Source: Planktothrix sp. GU0601_MAG3
Lineage (GTDB): Bacteria > Cyanobacteriota > Cyanobacteriia > Cyanobacteriales > Microcoleaceae
DNA length: 64,000 bases
Reading direction: 5' to 3'
NCBI GenBank assembly: GCA_035193785.1
Contig: CP136572.1
Coordinates: forward strand, 1,472,001 to 1,536,000
In this document: piece by piece, positions 10,944 through 22,528 of the stretch
Numbering within the stretch: the stretch's first letter is position 1
Layout: every line of letters begins with the position of its first letter
Notes under the pieces: generated by a model
Told to the model about the DNA's origin: nothing
The model's database searches: none
The model's input: only the letters and a program-made list of their open reading frames with translations
Program-made: the position numbers and the translations under genes

Positions 10944-11541
10944 ATGGCAAAATCTAAAGTATTGCGTCCAGGTAATCTTATTTTATTAGCAGGATTAATC
11001 GGTCTGGGTTTTGGGGGACTAGGATGGAAACAACAGTTCGCCAAGGCTGAAAATGCTGAGGTGGCAACGGGTTTAAACTGGTCGGGGGCTTCTTTCCCCG
11101 TTGAAGGCTTTCAAGAATATACTTCCCCCTTCGGGTATCGGGGGTCAGGTTTTCACTATGGTTTAGATTTGGCGGCCCCCCAAGGCAGTTATATTCGCAG
11201 TTGGTGGCAGGGGACGGTGACGGAGGTTTGGCAAGATGACCGTTGCGGGACTGGCATTGCGATTCAGTCTGGTCAATGGGAACATATTTATTGTCATATC
11301 CAAGGCAGTGTGGAAAAAAACGCTCAAGGGACTTATTTTATTGACCGACAGGGGGGGATTCAACTCTGGGAAGGTCAACAGGTTTCCCTCTGGGACTAGA
11401 ATTGCTAGGGTGGGGATGACGGGACGGACGACGGGGCCCCACCTACACTGGGGATTAAAGCATAATGGCCGTTGGGTTGATCCCGGTCGGGTGTTACGCT
11501 CGATGTACAATCAGCAAGTTCAACAGGCGAATCGGGGATAG
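10944..11541 (+). CDS. M23-family peptidase (frame break at 11382)
   Basis: N-terminal TM; HYGLDLAAP, YCH, GMTGRTTGPHLHW. Confidence 0.88.
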
Positions 11542-11622
11542 GTTGGGGGTTGTTGCTTAAACTATAGTCTAGGGAGTTAAATTTTTATCAAAAAAATGAG
11601 TAACCCTTGATACGATAGTTAA

Positions 11623-11750
11623 TGTGAGATTTGAAAACTTCTACCCGCAGGCTGATGTAGAAAGCGGCGTTTAGGTATCTTCAAATCAAAACAACAACGG
11701 TATCCATAAATCCAGACCAGCAGTTGAGATTTGGCGCTGGTCTTTTTTGT
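11623..11750 (+). ncRNA. Candidate structured small RNA
   Basis: Extended -10 (TGnTACGAT 11608-11616), nested stems GATTTGAA/TTCAAATC and TTCTAC/GTAGAA, terminator GACCAGC/GCTGGTC followed by T6. Confidence 0.5.
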
Positions 11751-11885
11751 GGGGGAATGAGGATCACGGATTTAAGGGGATTTCGCGGATTTCACGGATT
11801 TTCATCTTTGTTAATATGTGTTATCCTCTTGAGTCCGTCCTGTTCCCTATTCCCCATTCGTAATTCGTAATTCCATCTAATCAAA

Positions 11886-12263
11886 TTAGTTAAATGCTGG
11901 ATTCTGAAATTTGCCAATTATTTTTTGAGCAAATATAACTATTTTTTCGATGAAATATCTTAATTTTTGGGGGGATTTAATTGCCCAAATATTAATTACT
12001 AAACAGGTTGTTCCTAGGGATAATAGGATATAGGTGGGAATCAGAACTACACCAATCATAAACCAACTGAAGACGTGCAGCACCATCAATCCTGAATACA
12101 AACTAGCAAATGCGGAAATTAATAGGATTTGAGGGGTGGGACGATTTAGACCAATAAAAATCAAGGTTTGTAGGGTCGCTAATATATTAAAGGGGACTAA
12201 AAAAGCACAAATTCCTAAACAGTTATTTCGAGAAAAGTCAGCAAGTGTAGTTAAATCTATCAT
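11886..12263 (-). CDS. Hypothetical membrane protein
   Basis: FSRNNCLGICAFLVPFN, HVFSWFMIGVV; hydrophobic helices. Confidence 0.75.
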   Translation of the reverse strand: MIDLTTLADFSRNNCLGICAFLVPFNILATLQTLIFIGLNRPTPQILLISAFASLYSGLMVLHVFSWFMIGVVLIPTYILLSLGTTCLVINIWAIKSPQKLRYFIEKIVIFAQKIIGKFQNPAFN

Positions 12264-12651
12264 GATCAAAACTCTGGTTTTTGAGAATAGCTGGAGATGC
12301 AATGTTTTTGATCGTTTGGACTTCTATATTATAGCCTGGTTAATGGCTATCGTTTTTTAGTTGTCCAAAAATTGGTAAACATCATTAAAAAACTACCGAT
12401 AACAATGACCAGGGCGAGTCCGACGGGGATCGCCGTTTCTAAATCAATATTTTCCATGGTTTTTTGTTTCTATGCAATCAAGGGATACCTTAACACAGAT
12501 ATTTCTACTTGGGGAAGGGAAAGGCCATAATTTTGAGGATTGACGATTTCACAGACCTTGAGCAACTTTGCCTTTCTTCTGCTACCATTAAATTTGTTAT
12601 ATATCTTAATCTATAGGAATAGTCCTTTAACAAAATTATACGGAGAAGACA

Positions 12652-14122
12652 ATGACAGAAGAACAAAAAGGACAATGGGATGGGGGACGGTTTCTAAAAA
12701 CTCTGGCTTATTTTGGAGTTGTTCCTTTTATTGGTAATATTAGTTGGATTCAAAAATTATTCGGGATGGGGACAAAACAACCGCAACAGAAACCCAATAT
12801 TATATTAGTAGTTGGGGCGACAGGGGGTGTGGGAAAACGGGTAGTAAAACTGTTAGACCAACGGGGAATAACGGTGCGTTGTTTGGTGAGAGATATTAAA
12901 AGAGCTAGAACAATATTAGGGAATACGGTAGAATTATTTGAAGCGGATTTAACTATTCCTGAAACCTTGACTCCGGCTATTTTTAAAGATATTAGCGCGA
13001 TTATTTGTTGTAATGGAACTAAAGTTCAACCTGTTGAGGGAGATACTCCTAACCGGGAAAAATATTATCAAGGAATTAAGTTTTATATGCCGGAAGTGGT
13101 TGATGTGCCGGAATTAGTGGAATATCAAGGCATCCAAAATTTAATTCATGCTGTACCTTTAACTCTCAAGAAAGTTGGGGATAAAATTCTGTTTGATTTT
13201 ACTAAACCCACGGAGGAGATTAAGGAGATTTGGGGAGCATTAGATGATATTGTCATGGGGGGTATTAGTGAAAGTTCGTTGAAATTAATCCCCGATGGCG
13301 GATTGTTTAGCGGATATGTTTCAACGGCTAATTCCGGGGGATTTGTTTCGGTGAGGACTCGCAATTTTGAACCCGCTTTAGATTTATCAGACTATCAGGG
13401 AATTGAGTTACGAGTCAAAGGAGATGGAAAGCGATATAAATTTATTATTCGCTGTAATGATGGTTGGGATAGTGTGGGATATTGTTATTCTTTTGATACG
13501 GTTTATAATATTCCGATTACCATTAGAATTCCGTTTACAGAATTAATTCCGGTATTTCGAGCTAAAACCCTAAATGACGGAAAACCTTTTAATTCTAGTC
13601 AGGTTTTTTCCCTACAGTTAATGTTGAGTAAATTTGAATATGATGGGGCTTTAAACCCTAAATTTCAACCGGGATTATTTCAATTAGAAATTGAGTCTAT
13701 TAAGGCCTATGGGGGGACGGTATTACCTCGGTTTGTGCAGGTAAGTTCGGCGGGGGTAACTCGTCCAGGTAAACCCGGATTGAATTTAGAAGAAGAACCG
13801 CCTGCGGTGCGTTTAAACGAACAATTGGGAGGGATTTTAACTTGGAAGTTAAAAGGGGAAGATGTGATTCGTTTCTAGCGGTATTCCCTATACAATTATT
13901 CGTCCCTGTGCATTAACAGAAGCACCCGGAGGTGGGGCTTTGAAATTTGCTCAAGGTGATACGATTAAAGGGCAAGTTAGTCGAGAGGATATGGCTGAAT
14001 TATGTATTCAAACATTAACTCAACCGTCAGCTTGTAATACGACATTTGAAGTTAAAACCGAACTGGATAGTCAGTTTTCAGGAAATTGGGATGAGTTATT
14101 TTCTGAGTTAAAATCCGATTAA
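12652..14122 (+). CDS. NAD(P)-binding Rossmann protein with an inserted CIA30 domain (frame break at 13871)
   Basis: LVVGATGGVG; WGALDDIVMGGISES; NSGGFVSVRT; C-terminal YTIIRPCAL..VSREDMAE in the next frame. Confidence 0.88.
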
Positions 14123-14129
14123 CTATAAT

Positions 14130-14179
14130 TCGTTGTTGGGCTTCAGCGCAAAAATAAAAGGCTAAAGCCCAACAACGGA
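14130..14179. repeat. Inverted repeat (REP/MITE-like)
   Basis: CGTTGTTGGGCTTCAGC ... GCTAAAGCCCAACAACG. Confidence 0.7.
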
Positions 14180-14201
14180 CTTTATTATTGAATAGAAGGT
14201 T

Positions 14202-15090
14202 ATGTTAAAGTTTAAACCCGTTTTCACCCCTTATTTATTTTTATTTCCGGCTTTATTAATGCTCACCTTAACGGTATTTTGGCCAGCATTACAAGCTTTT
14301 TATTTAAGTTTATTTAGTTACGATTTACTCACACCCCCCGAATGGGTCGGGTTAAAAAATTTTCAACGGTTATGGACAGATGAGGTATTCTGGGAAACTT
14401 TAAAAAATACCTTTCTGTATTTAATAATAGTAGTTCCTATTTTAGTGTTTGCGCCCTTAACCTTGGCAATTTTAGTCAATCAAAAATTACGGGGAATCAA
14501 TGGATTTAGAACTGCTTATTATGTCCCCGTTGTGATTTCCATGGTGGTAGCGGGTATTGCTTGGAAATGGTTATATGCAGAAAATGGTTTTTTTAATCAA
14601 CTTTTGAATGCTATTTCTATGCCGCCTATTCCTTGGTTAACCAGTCCTAATGTCGTCTTATTTAGTGTGATGGCGGTGACGATTTGGAAAGGTTTAGGCT
14701 ATTATATGGTCATCTATTTAGCGGGATTACAAAGTATTCCCCTGGAAACTCTATGAAGCCGCCAGTATTGATGGGTCGGATGGGTTGAAAAAACATTGGG
14801 ATATTACCTTACCTTTGATGAAACCCTATATGGTTTTAGTTGGGGTAATTTCGGCGATTTCTTCAACTAAGGTATTTGAAGAAGTATATATTATGACCCA
14901 AGGAGGGCCGAGAAATAGTTCTAAAACCATTGTTTATTATTTATATGAACGGGGATTCCAACAGTTAGAATTCGGTTACGCCTGTACAATTGGGTTAATT
15001 CTGTTTTTAATTGTTTTAGGATTATCGATTTTACGATTAGCAATTGAACGATTTACGGAAAATATCAATAGCAGTAACCATTTGATATAG
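14202..15090 (+). CDS. Carbohydrate ABC transporter permease (frame break at 14745)
   Basis: VGLKNF, WKGLGYYMVIYLAGLQSIP.ELYEAA.IDG EAA loop. Confidence 0.9.
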
Positions 15091-15570
15091 GGGCTTGGAG
15101 ACCAAACCCCCCGGGTAGTCGGATAATCACCTGCACCCAGAAGGCTTGTAGAAAGCACATTTGGCTTTTTGATACAATTGTTAATATTCATTTGCAACAT
15201 TTGTTAATGTTAATTTCCCAAGTTTTGAGAACTTAATCTTTTTTTAAAATAGCCCACAACTCCCTGGTGGCAACATTTTTTTACTTTAAGTTACTATGTA
15301 AACAAAAAGAACCTATATTGTAATAGGGATAGAAGGTGGTAGTCTTGAATATAGAGGGAAAAACCCTCAATTCAGAACAAAAGTTCAGACCTAGAAGCAA
15401 AAACAGAAGGTGATCTTAAGAACTGCAAAGTTCAAGAATGATTTAGAAAAACTTCGCTTAGAATGTACAGGTAAGGATTAATACATTCTGATCTGAGTTT
15501 GAACTTAAATAAACAATAAAGATTGACTGAATTTTAATAGAACAGTCATCCCAATGGGAGGAACTTTAAA

Positions 15571-18115
15571 ATGGTTGACACTTATGCAACGACTGCAACA
15601 GTAAATTCAGAAGCGAAAGAAAAAGCTTTTGTACTATGGTTTGACGAAGTGGGGATTTCTGATATTCCCTCAGTCGGTGGGAAAAACGCATCCTTGGGCG
15701 AAATGATTCGAGAAACTGACTTCCCAAGGCGTGAATGTTCCCAATGGATTTGCCACCACTGCTTATGCTTATCGTTATTTTATTGAGTCTGCGGGTTTAG
15801 AGAAAAAGCTGCGGGAACTGTTTGCCGACCTCGACGTTGAAGATATGCCGAACCTGCGACAACGGGGTAAACAGGCTCGTTCATTAATTTTAGACACTCC
15901 CTTTCCACCCGAATTAGAAGCAGCAATTACCAGCGCTTACAAAACACTCTGCGAACGCTACAGCACCGACGGAGATTTTTGTAATCAATTTGGCGAGGAA
16001 TATAAAGAAGAATGCAAACGTTATTCCAATGATGTAGACGTTGCTGTGCGTTCCTCCGCCACCGCCGAAGACTTACCCGATGCCAGTTTTGCCGGACAAC
16101 AGGAAACCTACTTAAACGTTTATGGGGAAGAAGGAGTTTTAGAATCCTGCCATAAATGCTTTGCTTCGATTTTCACCGACCGAGCAATTTCCTATCGCAC
16201 GATTAAAAATTTCGACCATTTTAACGTGGCTCTGTCCGTCGGTGTGCAAAAAATGGTACGGTCTGACCTGGCCTGTTCCGGGGTGATGTTCTCCATTGAT
16301 ACGGAAACCGGATTCAAAAATGCTGCCTTGGTCACTGGCGCCTATGGTTTAGGAGAAAATATTGTTCAAGGTACGGTTAACCCCGATGAATATTTTGTAT
16401 TCAAACCGACCTTACTGCAAGGGTTCCGTCCCATCTTAGAAAAACGCTTAGGCAGTAAAGAACTGAAGATGGTCTATGACATCGGAGGTTCTAAATTAAC
16501 TAAAAATATCTCAGTTCCCCAATCGGAACGGGATAAATACTGTATTACTGACGATGAGATTCTGCAACTGGCGAAGTGGGCTTGTATTATTGAAAACCAC
16601 TATTCCCAAGTGCGGGGTACTTATACGCCGATGGATATTGAATGGGCCAAAGATGGAATTACCGGACAATTATTCATCGTCCAAGCCCGTCCTGAAACCG
16701 TACAATCCCAGAAATCCGCTTCCGTTCTCCGCAACTTTAAACTCCTAGGCACGAGTAAAGTTCTGTCTCGCGGTCGGGCCGTGGGCGAAATGATTGGCCA
16801 AGGCAAAGCCCGGGTGATTCTGGATGTCCATAAAATTGATGAATTCCAAGCGGGTGAAGTGTTAGTCACCAATAAGACTGACCCCGACTGGGAACCGATT
16901 ATGAAGAAATCCAGCGCCATTGTTACCAATGCGGGCGGACGGACTTGCCACGCGGCAATTATCGCCCGGGAAATGGGGATTCCCGCCATTGTCGGTTGCG
17001 GTGATGCCACCTCGGTAATTAAAAACGGCCAAGAAATTACCGTTTCCTCATCTGAAGGAGAAGAAGGTCGGGTTTATGAGGGGTTAGTTCCCTTTGAAAT
17101 CCAAGAAACTATTCTCGATAATCTGCCCAAAACCCGGACGAAAATTTTAATGAACGTGGGCAACCCGGAAGAAGCCTTTGGGTTATCGGGTATTCCCTGC
17201 GATGGTGTGGGGTTAGCGCGGCTGGAGTTTATTATTGCTAACCATATTAAGGCCCACCCCTTAGCGTTGTTGAAATTTGACGAACTCGAAGATGAGTCGG
17301 CCAAACGGGAAATCGCCGAGATGACCAAAATCTACGACCATAAACCGGATTTCTTCGTGGATAAACTGGCCCATGGTATCGGCATGATTGCGGCGGCCTT
17401 CTATCCGAATCCGGTGATTGTGCGGATGTCCGACTTCAAGAGTAACGAATACGCTAACCTCTTAGGTGGCCGTCAGTTTGAACCCAAGGAAGAAAACCCG
17501 ATGATTGGTTGGCGGGGGGCTTCTCGTTACTACGACCCCAACTACCGCGAAGCCTACGGGTTAGAATGCGTCGCCCTGAAACGGGTTCGGGACGAAATGG
17601 GTTTAACCAACGTCACCCCGATGATTCCTTTCTGTCGCACCCCCGATGAAGGTCGGAAAGTGTTAGCAGAAATGGAAAAACACGGTCTGAAACGGGGCGT
17701 CAATGGTTTGGAAGTCTATGTGATGTGTGAACTTCCCAGTAACGTGATTTTCGCCGATGAATTTGCCGCCGTGTTCGATGGATTCTCGATTGGATCTAAT
17801 GATTTAACCCAATTAACGTTAGGTTTAGACCGGGATTCTGCCTTAGTTGCTCATATTTTTGATGAACGCAACGAAGCTGTTCGTCGGATGGTGACTATTG
17901 CGATTAAAGCGGCGAAAAAATATGGTCGCAAGATTGGAATTTGTGGTCAAGCGCCTAGCGATTATCCTGAGTTTGCCCGGTTCTTGGTGGAGTTGGGAAT
18001 TGATTCAATTAGTTTGAATCCTGACTCGGTGATTAAAACCATTCTGGATATTGGCAAAATGGAAGAATCTGGCACGTTGTTAGATGAAGTTATGGACGTT
18101 GCTAAAGCCAAATAA
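15571..18115 (+). CDS. ppsA: Phosphoenolpyruvate synthase (frame break at 15712)
   Basis: VGGKNASLGEM, VAVRSSATAEDLPDASFAGQQET, GGRTCHAAI, SIGSNDLTQL. Confidence 0.97.
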
Positions 18116-18121
18116 ATCCTC

Positions 18122-18151
18122 GTAGAGACGTGCCACGGCGCGTCTCTCTAC
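18122..18151. repeat. GTAG-type REP palindrome GTAGAGACGTGCCACGGCGCGTCTC
   Basis: Same sequence at 36806-36832; variant at 61998-62022. Confidence 0.8.
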
Positions 18152-18274
18152 TCTCTACTCTCTACTCCACCGGGATTGTTTGCTAAATTTTAGGATTTGA
18201 TATTATTAGGGTATGGCGATGCTGTACCCTTTATTTATTGGGGTTAATCTTGCCAGTAAATCTATTGGATTTTT

Positions 18275-19102
18275 ATGGAAAGAAGAAAAATTTTGATTGC
18301 GACTAAAACCTATCCTTCAATTAGTACCAAGTACCGAGAAACCGTCTGTACTGCTGGTATTCTTCTGGATGATAACGAACAACCTTTAGAATGGATTCGT
18401 ATTTATCCTGTACGATTTAGAAAGCTAGATTTTGATAAACGTTATCCCCGTTGGTCAATTATTAGTGCTAAGATAGAAAAAAATGATAAGGATTCCAGAT
18501 TAGAGAGTTATCGGATTGATGATTCTTCTATCGAAATTTTAAGGCGCATAGGAACGCAAAATAATTGGTCAGAAAGGAGATCTTTTGTATTAACCTTACA
18601 ATTTCAATCAATCCAAGATATTAGAGATCAAGGGAAATCTCTGGGAATTATTAAACCAGAGTCTATCCTAAAATATTATTATGAAAAAGACAAGCGTGAA
18701 TGGGGAGATAAACAACAAGGAATATTAGATCAACCAGACTTCTTTGAAATTCCTTCAGATCTTGAAAAAATACCCTACAAATTTGGTTACGAATTTATTG
18801 AAAATAATCAAGTTAAACATAAATTTTCAATAAATGATTGGGAAATCTTTCAACTCTATCGAAACTGTAGAGATGGATCAAAAAAATCTAGTTTAGCAGA
18901 ACAAGAAGCGGAAGCACTAGAAAAAGTGAGACAAAGGTTTGAATTTGATTTTTTAAGCAAAAACGATTTATACTTTATTGTGGGAAACCAAAAAAATCGC
19001 CGTCATATTTTTATGATCATAGGTGTGTTTTATCCTCCTATCCCTAAAAATAATAAGCAATCTGAATCTAGCTATCAGCAATTAACGTTGTTTGATTCCT
19101 AA
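18275..19102 (+). CDS. Conserved-looking hypothetical protein (KTYP..S.KY.ETVCTAG N-terminus)
   Basis: 275-aa AT-rich ORF; WIRIYPV, D.R.ESY, SLGIIKP, DWE, LYFIVGN motifs. Confidence 0.8.
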   Translation: MERRKILIATKTYPSISTKYRETVCTAGILLDDNEQPLEWIRIYPVRFRKLDFDKRYPRWSIISAKIEKNDKDSRLESYRIDDSSIEILRRIGTQNNWSERRSFVLTLQFQSIQDIRDQGKSLGIIKPESILKYYYEKDKREWGDKQQGILDQPDFFEIPSDLEKIPYKFGYEFIENNQVKHKFSINDWEIFQLYRNCRDGSKKSSLAEQEAEALEKVRQRFEFDFLSKNDLYFIVGNQKNRRHIFMIIGVFYPPIPKNNKQSESSYQQLTLFDS

Positions 19103-19539
19103 TAAAAATATGAAAAGAAAAATTTCCAACTTGAAAAAAAGGCTTATCCTAACCTTCGGATATGGTAATCGAAAAAACTATGATGTGTTTTTAGAATATC
19201 TGAACAAATATCAGGTTAATTTTGTCATTGATGTGAGAATGACTCCCCGGGCTTGGAGTCGTAAATGGTATGGGAATAAACTGCAAGAAGTTTGTGAAGC
19301 TCATAATATTAAATATATCTCTAAAACAGCTTTAGGTAATACATCCGGTCAACAAAATTGGATTCCTCCCGACCGAGAAGCAGCAGATATCGCTTTGGGT
19401 GAAGTGGCAGAAATGGCTGAAAAAGGAACGGTTTTATTATTGTGTGCTGAAATGAACTTTCAGAGATGTCATAGAAACAGATGTGGCTAGTCATCTAATT
19501 AAACTAATTTCCAATAGTCAAATTGAACATTTAGAGTAG
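19092..19539 (+). CDS. DUF488-family protein (frame break at 19474)
   Basis: TFGYG, VIDVR..P, LLLCAE..RCHR motifs; corrected frame ends IEHLE*. Confidence 0.8.
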
Positions 19540-19629
19540 ATTAACTGATTTTTTGAAATACAAGAGATATTTATGAGGATTTAGCAGTCGGTGGAACGAA
19601 ATATCCTAAAACCGATACTAGGAAACCAA

Positions 19630-21962
19630 ATGAACCGAATTTCGCGCCGGATTTTATATTGTTTTCGCCATCGGGCAATCCGAACTATTTTAGTCCTATT
19701 CTGTTTAGGGGCAATGGTACGATTATTTCCCTATTTTATTCCCATTCATGCAGCAGATATTCAACAAAAAGATATAGCTTTTGAATTTAGCGATCGCAAT
19801 AATTTACCATTAGGAACAATTCTAAGTTCCGATCAAAATCATACCGCAATTGTTCCTTTAAGTCAAGTTTCACCCCATTTTATTCAAGGAATTATTGCGG
19901 CTGAAGATAAACGCTATTATCAACATGGGGCGGTTGATTACGTTGCCCTAATTCGTGCAATTTTAGAAGCATTTCAAGCCAAACAAATTGTTAGCGGTGC
20001 GTCTACTATTACCATGCAATTAGCCAGATTATTAGAACCTGCGCCTCGAACCCTACCGAATAAATTTGGCGAAATCTGGTTATCTTGGCGACTCACCGCC
20101 GGAATGAATCAACAGGAAATCCTAGAAAATTATATTAACCGTTTACCCATGGGAGGTAATTTATATGGCGTTGAAGCGGCGGCAAAAACCTATTTTAATA
20201 CCTCTGCATTAGAGTTAAATTTAGCCCAAGCCAGTCTATTAGCCGCCCTTCCTAATGACCCCACCGACCTAAATCCTTATTATAATTTATCCTCCTTAAA
20301 AAAACGTCAAAATTATGTATTAAAAAGAATGGTTGAAGATGGATATATTACCACTATTCAAGCGGAAACGCGCCTATCAAGAAAAGTTAAAATTACAACC
20401 CCAACAACAAGGGATTATTGCCGCCCCCCATTTTCTCTTTTGGCTAACCGAAAAGTTAACCCATTCATCCCCTTCTTCTGAAGCTTTGACACAGCAAGAA
20501 TCAGCCAATTACATCCAAACAACCCTTGATCGCCCCCTCCAGCAATTTATTGAAGCACAAATCGAACAAATTATTATCAGTTTAAAAGATCATAATGTTC
20601 ATCATGCTGCGGCAATTGTTATTGATAATCATAGCGGAGATGTGTTAGCTTATGTGGGTTCTCCCGATTATTTTAATAGCGACCAATTGGGGCGAAATGA
20701 TGGGGTTCAAGCCTTGCGACAACCCGGATCAACTTTGAAGCCCTTTTTATATGAATTAGCTTTAGCAAAAGGAGTGATTGAACCGAATACAATCTTAGCT
20801 GATGTTCCTACTTATTATGCCATTCCTGGGGCAAAACTTTATAGTCCAACGGATTACAGTGAAACTTTTTTAGGCCCAGTGCGGGTGCGGATCGCGTTAG
20901 CAAATTCGTTAAATGTTCCGGCGGTAAAAGTATTAGAAAAAGTCACAGTGACAGTATTTTTAGAACGGTTAAAAAAATTGGGATTTCAACATTTAACCCA
21001 GTCCCCTGATTATTATGGTTTAGGATTAACTTTAGGAAGTGGAGAAGTCAGTTTATGGGAATTAGCCCAGGCTTATTTAATTATGGCAAATCAAGGTAAA
21101 ATTATCACACCAAATGTGATCATAAATCAAACTAAAAATATCAAAAATTCTCAACTTTCTATTGATACTCCTGTCACCTGGCAATTAATCACTAATATGT
21201 TAAGTGATGCCCATGCAAGATCCCATTCTTTTGGGATTGATTCTGTCTTGAATTTACCCTTTCCCGTTGCAGTTAAAACCGGAACTTCTTCCAATTATCG
21301 AGATACTTGGACAGTGGGGTTTACAACAGATTATACCGTAGCAACTTGGGTGGGGAATTTTGATGGTCAAGGAATGCAAAATGTCTCTGGGGTAACGGGT
21401 GCAGCACCCTTATGGAATCGAATTTTATTGCATTTACATGAAATAAAAGAAACCCGCTAATTTTTTCCAACCTTTAGGGTTTATTCAGTTACCGATTTGT
21501 GCAACAACGGGGTTACGTCCAACGACCGATTGTTCGGGAGGTATTGTATTAGAGTATTTCGATTTGAAAACCGTTTCTAAATATTATAAAAAATCACCTC
21601 AAGTTGGATTAAATTCTGAATATAATGAATGGTTGTCTCGACAATCCCATCCTCAGTTAACCCAAAATCAGTTAAAAATTATTTCTCCTCAAGCTGATGA
21701 TTATTTTGTGATTAATTCGGGAGAAACTGCTAAATTAGAACTTAAAATTGCTGGCAATTCTCAACAGTCTGTGGAATGGTGGTTAAATGGGGAAAAATTA
21801 AATTCTCAGTCTGATAATTCTCTATTTTGGCAATTACAACCCGGACAATGGAGATTAACCGTTAAACAGGGAACTCAACAGGATAGTGTTCAATTTCAAG
21901 TGCAAAAAGCCAACAAAAAACCATATCACCCAGGTTTTTCGCTTGTTAATACTAATAAATAG
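19630..21962 (+). CDS. pbpC: Penicillin-binding protein 1C (frame breaks at 20365 and 21449)
   Basis: EDKRYY.H, GASTITMQLAR transglycosylase; QPGSTLKPF, SLN, KTG transpeptidase; C-terminal beta domain. Confidence 0.9.
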
Positions 21963-22165
21963 GTTTAGATAATTTATGGCTCTAATTAAGTTATAGATAT
22001 ATTGGTTAATTGTAGTGAATCATACAGATTCTTTTCTTTACAAAACCTTTATAATCCTATACAGATTCTTTTCCAATCCTTTACCCAATTGTTGATTGAG
22101 ATTTGTAAAGTAGAAAGTAGACAACCGAAAAAATACGGTTGTATTGTCCCTCAACAAATTAAAAT

Positions 22166-22426
22166 ATGCGTAACTTGATTTCTCCTGTGCTTAACCCTCT
22201 CCGTCAATGGTTGGATAGTCTGGATATTCATAACCCTGATTTGGCGTTGTTTTTATATCGGGTAATTCCAGCGCAGTGTCCGTTTGCCCGGAATATTAAA
22301 CTATTTGGACATACCATTTTACACATTCCTCCCCTGTGCAAATTCAATCCTTTATACGAACAATTGATGGGTTTGCGGTTTCGGGCAATGTGTTATTTAG
22401 TTGATGAATGTGGTATGACCATTTAA
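22166..22426 (+). CDS. Mo-dependent nitrogenase C-terminal-domain-like small protein
   Basis: IPAQCPFAR.I...IPPLCKFNPLYEQLMGLRFRA motif. Confidence 0.85.
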   Translation: MRNLISPVLNPLRQWLDSLDIHNPDLALFLYRVIPAQCPFARNIKLFGHTILHIPPLCKFNPLYEQLMGLRFRAMCYLVDECGMTI

Positions 22427-22528
22427 CCCCGGAAATTATAGCAGTAGTACCAGGATATTAGGACAAAAACAGATGCTTAAACCCATTTTTTTTGCCGTTG
22501 CCTGTTGCCTATTTCCTATTCCCTTTTA

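Noticed and set aside
22166..22426. Evidence for nitrogen fixation
   Set aside because: The domain name is historical, such proteins occur in non-diazotrophs, and no nif genes are present here
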